From assembly GCF_009914755.1 (NCBI RefSeq), contig NC_060935.1: DNA of 64,000 nt; one strand, written 5' to 3'. The stretch comes from the human T2T-CHM13v2.0 reference genome, Homo sapiens. The notes under the pieces are model-generated. The model made no database searches, had not been told where the DNA came from, and saw only the letters and a program-made list of their open reading frames with translations. The translations under genes and the position numbers were made by a program. Shown in pieces: positions 54,421 through 64,000 of this stretch (within the stretch, counting starts at the first letter, position 1; the number at the start of each line of letters is the position of its first letter).

Positions 54421-56274
54421 CTACTCCAAGAGGGGAAGTTACTGGTCCAAGGTCATAGAGCCAAGGGTTCCAACCCAGTTCTTCAGGGTTCTGGGTCATG
54501 CTTTCTGTGGAGTCAGTAATGTGTAAGGGGCCCTGAAGTGAAGCTGGTGAGGACTGTTTCAGATAGTACAGAGGCTAGCAGGACGCATGAAGAAAGGGCA
54601 GGTTAAGGCCAAGAGAGCATGCTGGGGCAGAGTCTTCAGGCGCAGAAACCCTGCACGGGCAGCCCCAGCCTGTGCCCCTCCTTTTCCTTACTTCTGAACC
54701 CAACATGCACTGACCCCATCTGCATTCAGCAGTGACTGCGAGTGAGTTTTCCATTTCTTTGACAGATGATTAGAAAAGCAGGAGGTGGCAGCTGGCCCAT
54801 TTATTATCTGCTCCTACCAGGCACTCCAGGATGATGGGCAGATGTGGTGAGGCAGGAGCTGCTGAGTGCATCCCAAAACAATTCGCCATCCACACACTCA
54901 ACAGGCACCAGTCCAGTGAATTGTGCTAATATTCAAGACACATTGTGTCCAGAACACAGGGAGAATATAAAGGAATTTCTCCAAGGGTGATTCCGAACTC
55001 TTGTGGGTGAGCAGTGTCTGGGAGAATAAAATTGCTGTTTGGATAGATCCTCAGTCAGCCAGAAAAGGAGGTGAATCAGTGATCTGGTTGGAGGTTGGAA
55101 CCTGGGCAAAAGCTCACCAGGACACCCAAGTGAGGTCAGGAGAGTGGAGTGGTTTAGAGCTCCCTGCCCATGGCACTCCCTTGGTTAAAACTGTCCGGGG
55201 TGTACCATTGCCAACAGGTGAAATTCCAGATTCACAGCACAAAGCACTTCATGGTTTGGTCTCTGCCTTGCCAGGAACCACCCTTCCCTCTAGGCTTGTT
55301 GGGCATTTTTAGCTCCCCACATGGGCAATGCAGGGTCAAGCCTTTGTATATGCACAGTTGCCCTGACCCCATGCCAGCCCCTCTAGAAGCCTCCGCTGAG
55401 GCTGCCAGACTGAGTCAGACGCCATGCCTTGGGTTTCCCTTCCCAAACAATGTTATTTACTAACATATCTCTCTCCACCACTACAGACTGGTCTATTTCT
55501 TATCTAGCTCTGCATCCCAAGTCTAGCATGAACTCTGACACATAGCAAATATGCATATATTCAGTAAACATGTATTGGACAGATGGAAGGTTGGGTGGCT
55601 GGTTGGATGGTTAAAGTACATGTTTGACAAAGCTCATCTATAATTATACAGAAGATGGGGGCAGAAAGGGAGCTATGAAGACCAGGGAGGAGGCTGCTGC
55701 AAAGGTCTAGATTGTGGAAGAGGCAGGGGGACGGGAAGGAGGAGGGGACTTGAGTGAGGATGGTAGATGAACTTAATAAAACCTGGTAAGTGATGGCACA
55801 GAAAGGGTGAGAGAGCTGTGCCTGAGGCTGACCCCTGGTTTCCAGATGGAGCAGAATGTGAGGCACTTAGGCAAGACAGGGAGACACGGACCCAGGTGTT
55901 AGTACTTCATATTGGTGGGGCAAGGCGGGGGGCTGTGAATGGGGAGAGGAGATCGCCAGTTGGGGTAGAAGCAGGCCTGTGGGCCAGTAGAGCCCTGGTA
56001 TGTATTCCTACCCCACCTCCAGGTGGCCCTTTGTGAACTTTCAGTGGGCAAACCTTGGTTAAGATGGCTCAGAAATAGAGTTTACATGATTCCAGCAAAT
56101 AGAAGGCTCTTCTGGCTTAGCCATGGTCTGGATCCTTCCAATGAGCGAAAAGGAAGAGGCCCTTTCAATAGGTTGTACTGAAGGGTGACATCCCTGAACT
56201 CACCTCCCACATGGCTGTGTGAGGGGAAGCATGCAGTTACCTCTGCAGTGTGATGGATCCCAACGGAGGTTGTT

Positions 56275-56470
56275 CAATGTAGTGCAAAGAGCACAGAGTT
56301 TGGACTCAGGCAGACCTGGGTTCAAATATGGCGTTTGCTACTCAACAGCCAAGTAGACTTGGGCAAGTCCCTTCATTTCTCTGAGACTTGTTTCCCTATC
56401 TGTAAAAGCAATAAAACCCACTTTGTACTGTAAATGTTAATTGAAATAAGCTTGCATATGCCTGGCACTT
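56275..56470 (+). mobile_element. MIR SINE
   Basis: 'gcagacctgggttcaaat...ttgggcaagtcccttcatttctctgag...atctgtaaaa'. Confidence 0.8.
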
Positions 56471-57310
56471 TCTTCCCTTTGACCTTCTTTTCCTCTGAAT
56501 GCTTCATTCATCATTTGAACAATGGGGAGAAAATTGCTATAAAGAAGCCTGTCAAGTACTTATTGGGTATTTGATATGTGCTGGGCACCCTGAAAGCTAT
56601 AGAAAAAGCGAAGGGAAGGTTTGGCCCTCTATGGACCTGAAATGATGAATGATATTGGCATGCATTCCCTGTATAGGCATGTGCATCTTATGTCAGTTCT
56701 TACTGGCTAAGAGGCCTCGGGCAATTCACTGCATGGGGCTGAGCTCAATTTCTCCATTAGCTCACAAAGGCCTGTTAACCTCTGTACCAAGGGCTGCCCT
56801 CAGGCTGGGATGAGATCACTTATGGGAAAGCATGGTGGGTGGAGGGTGAGGGCAAGGAAATGCTCAGGGAAGGTCCCATGTGCTCCCTTCTTCCACCTCT
56901 GCAGAGTGGCTTTCCTGGGAGTTCTCAGAGGCTCCTTTCTGCTTTCTCATTTAAACACTTAATGGGTCTCATCCTTTTAAGTGACACCTGCTGGAACTGT
57001 AATTGTGCACATAATTGCTACGTGGGAATGGAGGTGGGTTTATTTCCCAGCGCTAGTGCTTCCCTTAGGAAAAGAAACAGTGTACCCATGAATACGTTGC
57101 CTGTGTCCTTGGAGTGGGGCCCGCAGTGAGCCTTTTCCCTGGATGCGGGGCACCTGGCTTGCGGGGTCTGGCAAGGTAAGAAGAAAATATCTACTGAAGC
57201 ATTGAACTTTCCAGAAACCAAATATCTGGCATTGGGCTCAGTGAAGCCACAGGGCCTTGTTAAAATACCAAGAGGGAAGACTAAAAATCCCATCAGAAGT
57301 CTCCCTGACT

Positions 57311-57629
<319 letters not shown>

Positions 57630-58939
57630 TCAAATTCTGAGAGACAGGGTGGCCCCCCTGTAGAGTACAAAGTGAGAGATGCAGGGTTGAGACCTGGGAC
57701 GGATGAAGCTCCTGCTGCTCTCTTCCCTAGTCATGCGGCCTGACACAGGGGAGGTGCTCAAGATAGGGACCCTAGGACCTCTGTAATAACACTAATGATA
57801 ATCGTTAGCATTGTTGGCAAGACTGTTGTTAATGATTGATCAAATGGAACTCAAGACAGGAAGGTTTGGGAAGGCAGAGAAATGGGAACTAAAAGCTGGA
57901 CCAGGGGACAAGAAAACAGGCCTTAGTGTCAGCCTCCACATAGCTATAAATACATCAACGTATGACTATAAATAGTTATACAAGTGCATAAATGTATTTT
58001 GAGCTCTTCAGGTTCAAAAACTGATCACTGGTCTGTGGCTCTATGGAAACGACTCTTTTCCTCATAATGAACACTCCCTTCTCCAGGCCCCCTTGCCCTC
58101 CTTTCTTTGAGCTTTCCTAGATTTATCTGAACTCTGGTAAGAATGAGGACTTTTTTTTTTAGCTGAACTTGTTTTGCTTGTTTAGATGGATTCTTTCGTG
58201 CCCTGATGCCTGAGGTTCAAGCTCTTCCTTCTGTGCATTCATACAATGCATAGGAGAAAGGCGCTGCTGCCCTGTAAACAATGCGCTCCTCTTCCAAAAG
58301 TGTCTGCATTTCTGTTTTCGGGAGACTTGATTCCTGTAGGAAGGATACTCAGGGTTCACGGTCCCTGGCCTATATGGTACTCATTTGGGGAGTGAGAGGC
58401 CTCTGATGCTGCCATGAAACCTCCATTACCTGATACCGTATGGAAAAAAGGTATATAATCAATAATAACACAGAGTACATGAGTCCCCAGATTTCCACGT
58501 CTCAGTCCTGTAGCACAAATTGTAAAGGGAAAATGCACCTCGTTATTTGTGGAAATCCTTCGGATGCCTGTTTGAGACATTCCTGCCTTCTAGTCGAAGT
58601 CTCCTGAATGCAATCTAAACTTTCCTTGATGGCTAAGGATCACGCACAGCTATTCTTTTTACTCTGCTCTATTACGCTGATGCCCTTTGTGACTACCTTC
58701 TGCAGGGTTATTTGCTCCTAAATGAAATGGCCCCAGCATCATTTCATGCTTTTGAAGTTTCTGCGCTCTCTCTTTCTCGCGCTGTGATCTTCTCCCTGAC
58801 TGTCAGCACTCCAGTATCACTTTGTGCTCGCTTTGTTGTGCTTGTGTCGGATGGTGAGCGAACCCTCAGAACACAACTGTACAGCAGGACTTGGCTCACT
58901 GGACTCTCATTATCTGGCCACATCTGCAGCAGATACCAA

Positions 58940-59422
58940 ATACAGGCTTTCTCAACACCCACTTCAACCTCCTTCCAGTGTGCTTTCTTTTCCACGAGCC
59001 TAGACAGCTGGAAACAATATACTGACTCCCTTGCGGCGAGACCCAAGTTCTATGGAGCAAATGCACCCACAGGATTGTAGAGGGCGGATGTTGTTACAGG
59101 AGGTGGTGACTATGCTCGGGTGCACTGGATCTTCCCACCCACACAGTGGTGGAGGTGTTTGTTTATCTGGACAGCTGTGGCGTAGGCTCTGCTGTCTGGT
59201 TCCCGGAATGTTGAGTCCCAAGGAGTGAGACAAAGGGGATTCCGTTAAAGGAGCCCTATGCCATGCCAGGTACTTCTCTGGTTCTCTGGCAGCCAAGCTT
59301 GAGTCCCTGGCATTCCTGAAAGGTTTGCAGGCCATCTAATATCCTGTATTAAATCCTTTTCTGTTTAAACTAGACAGAATAGATTCTGTTGTCTGAAACT
59401 AAGAACCTTGACTGAGCCAACA
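58940..59422 (+). mobile_element. LTR41/LTR16-group ERVL LTR
   Basis: 'ctttctcaacacccacttcaacctccttccagtgtgc...gactcccttgc' start and 'attaaatccttttctgtttaaactag...ctaagaaccttgactga' end. Confidence 0.7.
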
Positions 59423-59606
59423 CCCGTCTGTCCCAAAACTGTAAGCTCCTTAAAGAGAAGAGATTTTTTTATGTCTTTATCTCCCCTATGCCCCAAACAT
59501 ACATTGCGCCTTAAAGACCTGTATTAACTGGATGACTGGACTAAGACAGGGTGGAGAGACAAGCTCCTCCGGAGGCCCCACCCACCACTGCCCTGATGCC
59601 CTGCTA

Positions 59607-60077
<471 letters not shown>

Positions 60078-60519
60078 TCAGAGGCTCTTTTTCGTTTCCT
60101 GCTTGGCTAGCTCTCTGCTGCATTCCAAATAGCTGAGGGACTTCCAGATAATCAAAGTTCTCTAACCATACACACTGTTAGTAACTCCTTTCAGCCCCCT
60201 TCCTGTCCAGATGTACAAAGAGAATAGCAAAGGGAAAAAAGCCCAACACTTCCTCGCTACAGCCACCGAGCTGCTAAATCTCAGCAGTTCTGAATCATCA
60301 CATCTTGCATTTCTCATTAACTGCCCCTCATATGCAGCATTTTCAATTAAGCTGGGAGCACTGCTGTACTAATTATGTTATGATATTTGTCCCCGCAGAT
60401 TAATATGCACTCACGGTTTGGGAGTGCTGTCTGAATTGTATTTCTCTATTTACCTGTAAGGAAGCCCTTCCTTGACTTGTCCAGCTGTCCTGGACTTGGG
60501 GACTCAGGGGGATGGGACC

Positions 60520-61002
60520 TGTGAGGGTTAATTTCATGTGTCAAGTTGACAGGGCTGAGGAATGCCCAGATATCTGGTTAAACATTATTTCTGGTTGTGT
60601 CTGTGAGGGTGTTTCTGGGAGAGATTGGAGACCCCCCTCAACAATGTGTGTGGGCAGCACTCCGATCCCTTGAGGACCTGAATAGAACAAAAAGGCAGAG
60701 GGAGGGTGAATTTGCTCTGTGCTTGTGCTGGGAGATCCATCTCCTCCTGCCTTTGGACATGAGAACTCCTGGTTCTCGAGCCTTTTGACTCAAACTGGGA
60801 CATATTACACTGGCTCCCCTGGTTCTCAGGCCTTAGGGTTTGGGCCAGAACTACACCACTGGCTTTCCTGGGCCTCCTGGAAGGTGGCAGATCATGGGTC
60901 TTCCAAGCCCTCATAATTGCCAAACCTTCATAATAAATCTCTTTCTCTCTCTCTCTCTCTCTCCTGTTGGTTCTGTTTTTCTGAAGAACCCAGACTAATA
61001 CA
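60520..61002 (+). mobile_element. MLT2-family ERVL solo LTR
   Basis: tgtgagggttaatttcatgtgtcaa...aatagaacaaaaaggcagagg...gactaataca; TSD ggacc/ggact. Confidence 0.9.
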
Positions 61003-61022
61003 GGACTCAAGAATTAGGTGCA

Positions 61023-61330
61023 GGCCAGGCACAGTGGCTCACACCTGTAATCTAACACTTTGTGACGCTGAGGTGGGTGGATCACCATAGGTCAGGAGTT
61101 CAAGACCAGCTTGGCGATCGTGGTGAAACCCCGTTTCTCCTAAAAATACAAAAATTAGTTAGGTGTGGTGGCACATGCCTGTAATCCCAGGTATTCAGGA
61201 GGCTGAGGCATGAGAATCGCTTAAACCTGGAAGGCAGGGGTTGCAGTGAGCCAAAATTGTGCCATTCCACTCCAGCCTCAGTAACAGAGCAAGACTCTGT
61301 CTCAAACAAACAAACAAACAAACACGCAAA
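61023..61330 (+). mobile_element. AluS
   Basis: Dimer with a (CAAA)n tail; 13-bp TSD aagaattaggtgc (61009-61021 / 61331-61343). Confidence 0.95.
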
Positions 61331-61619
61331 AAGAATTAGGTGCTCTCAGTTGAGCTCTGTCTGCAGAGACAGCTCTGGTTGCAGAAGGACATGATGCCAT
61401 CAAGTCACAGGTGAAACATCACAGGGCCCTCTAGGTGGGGCCACATTTTATGTTTCCTCTGCACCTCCACAGAGCCTTGTGCTCATCAGATATGCTCAGT
61501 TAACACTTTCTCATCAAACCAGTCTTGAAAAGTCCTACTGAAGAAACACGACAGGAAGCAATATGCTTTTTATCAAAAATATGTCTCTCATCCACGAAAA
61601 ATACAACCAGAAGGAAAAG

Positions 61620-61835
61620 GGAGTCATATTTGCTGCTGTATATTCTGAGTCAGACACTTCCAAAATACCTTGGCTCATTTAATCTTCCCAAGTATCTTGT
61701 GAGGCAGGTGTTACCCTCATTTTATAGATGAGATGAACTGAGGTTCAGGAAGGTTAATTGCAGAGTGTGGGACCAACTTAGGAGATGGCAGAGACCTGGA
61801 TGCATGAACTCAAGGGCCCATGCTCTGTCCAGTGC
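61620..61835 (-). mobile_element. MIR SINE
   Basis: 'ccctcattttatagatgagatgaactgaggttcaggaaggttaa'. Confidence 0.75.
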
Positions 61836-62309
61836 ACCATCATTCATTAACTCTGGGATGATGGTGCATTGATAGGGATGGTGCATCACAGAGAAATACA
61901 AGACATGTGTCCCTGTGCTCAAGAAGAACAAAAGAAACTAACAGTCGTTTGCTACTAATAATCACTAATCATTGACATTCATTCAGCACCTACTATTCCT
62001 GGGGCACTCTGCGGAGTGTTCTACATGTTTTGTTCTCATCCTAGACCTGTGGGCTAAACATCATTACCCCATCCCAGGAATGAGAAAACTGAGGCTTGGG
62101 CACTCAGGTATAAAAGATAGGAAAGACCACGCGCAGAGCTAAGGGACCACGTGACTTTGGGTAAGTCACTTCAGAACTCTCCAGGCCTGTTTCCTCCTTC
62201 AAAAGGTAAGAACAACCGATTGTTGCAGCAATCAAATGAGCAGACATATGTGACATTATACTGCTGATTATCAAAGCCTTTCCAAACGCAAGGTACTCGT
62301 CACAGAAAA

Positions 62310-62500
62310 CTATGGTGGTAAAGTGCTCTAGAGCCAGGCTGCCTGAGTTTCGATCCTGGCTTTGCTATTTAATAGCTGTGTGACCCTGGGTGAGGCACTC
62401 TCTGTGACTGGCTTTAGCTTAGTTTCCTTGTCCCTCAGGAGGGTGATAACAGCACCTACCTCACAGGGTCATTATGAGGACTGAATGACTGCTGCCCATA
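62310..62500 (+). mobile_element. MIR SINE
   Basis: 'ctctagagccaggctgcctgagtttcgatcctggctttgctatttaatagctgtgtgaccctggg'. Confidence 0.8.
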
Positions 62501-62789
62501 GAATTTAATGCTGCTGTGCCTAAGTCAAGAAGCAACAATGGGACTTGTGGATTCTCAGCACTTCCATGACATGGACTCTACCCTAACATTGGCTGGGCAA
62601 TGTTATAACTTATAAACTTATAAGTTTATAAGTCCATCCCTTGATTTTAACAGGTCTGAGCAATAATGTGGAAAGGCTACTGGTAGCCACTGCCAATAAA
62701 TCAAATCCATCATAGGCCACCTCCTCCAGAAAGCCCACCTGGACTATGCTGTCTTATTGTGACTACTTCCTTGGCTGAATTTCTATGGG

Positions 62790-62940
62790 ATTTGAAATTC
62801 AGAGAAATTAAGTAACTCATCCAAGGTCACACAACTAATAAATGGTAAACTGGTTTACCATTTAGTAACCAGGTTACTAGTAACCATTTACTGGTAAATG
62901 GTAAAGCAGGATTTCAGTCCGGCCATCTGACCCCAACGCT
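62790..62940 (-). mobile_element. MIR fragment carrying a palindromic insertion
   Basis: 'aagtaactcatccaaggtcacacaactaataaatggtaaa[insert]gcaggatttcagtcc'. Confidence 0.75.
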
Positions 62941-64000
62941 TGTCTGCTATGCAAGCATGGGAATCTTATGTTTTTTGCTACCTGGAAAGTTTCAGCATTG
63001 AATCATCTTAGCCTGGGGTCTTTTAAAAATAAATGATTCCATTAAAACCTTTCTCAACGGGCCCTTTGCATATAATTTTTTTTCTTTCAAGTTTTTCTAC
63101 TTTTTTGGGAGTCAGTTTGACTAATTTTCATTTTCCCGGAAAATCACCTATCTTGCAGAGATTTTCAGATGTATTAGAGTACCACAGCACCTTGTATTGG
63201 TGCAATTTTAAATCACATCAGTTGCTTTATTTCTTTTTTCATATATTCTCTTCATTTTAATATTAGAAGTCTTCCAGCGCTGTATTTATTTTGCAGCATA
63301 CAGAGCAATAAGAAGCACACACACAAAGTAGTTTTAAAATGCTGGCCCCAGTGATGCTGAGTGGCTTGAAAAGAAGGCAGAATGTATCTTTGATAAAGCA
63401 CTCTTTTTTTTTTCAAGGAAAAATACCATGATGAGTTTGTTTGGATATGAAAGGGAAGGCCTCCTGGGTTTAGACAAAGAAGAGTTATGTTGTTCTATCT
63501 AAGAAAGCAATGAATGAATCTGACAGTAGACTGCTGGAAGAGGGGTTTTGTGTGTGGGAGGGAGAAACCTAAAAGGAGGAAGACAGGGAAGGAGGGCCAG
63601 GCAGCAAGGTGGCAAGCAGGGACGGGCTGGCAGTGTGACTTGGAGAGAGTGGGAGGGCCTCAGCATCCTGTAGCCTGTGTGTTGGGGCCTGCATGGCTGG
63701 CTTTTAACATTAAGAGAATTCGTCACTCTGAAGTTGGAGGGGACCCCGATGAGACCATCAGGCTCACTCCCAAAATCATAGGAGCTGCACATGCCAGCAG
63801 AAGGAAGAATGTTTGAGTCTGCCACACTCTAAAGTGAGGCTTGATAGTACTTAAATCACAGAGTCGTCATGGGAATTAAACAAGGTAAAGCACTTTAGAG
63901 ACTTAGCATGGTGCCCACTCATTGTAGCCTGTCACTACACGCAGCATGCATTTGTGCAGAGGGACAGAATCAATGATGATGTGTTCACATGTGAGCGTGT

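Noticed and set aside
58151-59335. Possible minus-strand processed pseudogene (T run plus ORFs)
   Set aside because: No polyadenylation signal or TSD, no recognisable protein, and the right part is an LTR

Overview
Great-ape (human-like) non-coding genomic DNA, either intergenic or deep intronic. An SVA, Alu J/S elements and THE1A date it to a hominid genome. I cannot name the locus. No protein-coding gene, RNA gene or processed pseudogene is supported, and every long ORF in the track is a repeat-derived or low-complexity artefact. The window is dominated by interspersed repeats: MIR/L2 throughout, old L1M pieces, a twin-primed L1PA, about 12 Alus, MaLR/ERVL LTRs including a complete THE1A provirus, hAT and Tigger MITEs, and a full-length SVA_D-type element with an unusually long hexamer head and a 20-bp SINE-R deletion. 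Two kinds of structure are not explained by repeats. (1) An old, roughly 310-bp inverted duplication (19357-19672 / 20636-20947) next to a strong CTCF motif. Both arms carry a homologous exon-like cassette with a conserved GTGAGT donor and frame-preserving indels. (2) Several clear template-switch or snap-back repair scars (28440-28514, 47837-47953, 62602-62633, 62839-62905). Subfamily names come from remembered consensus sequences and boundaries of old repeats are approximate.
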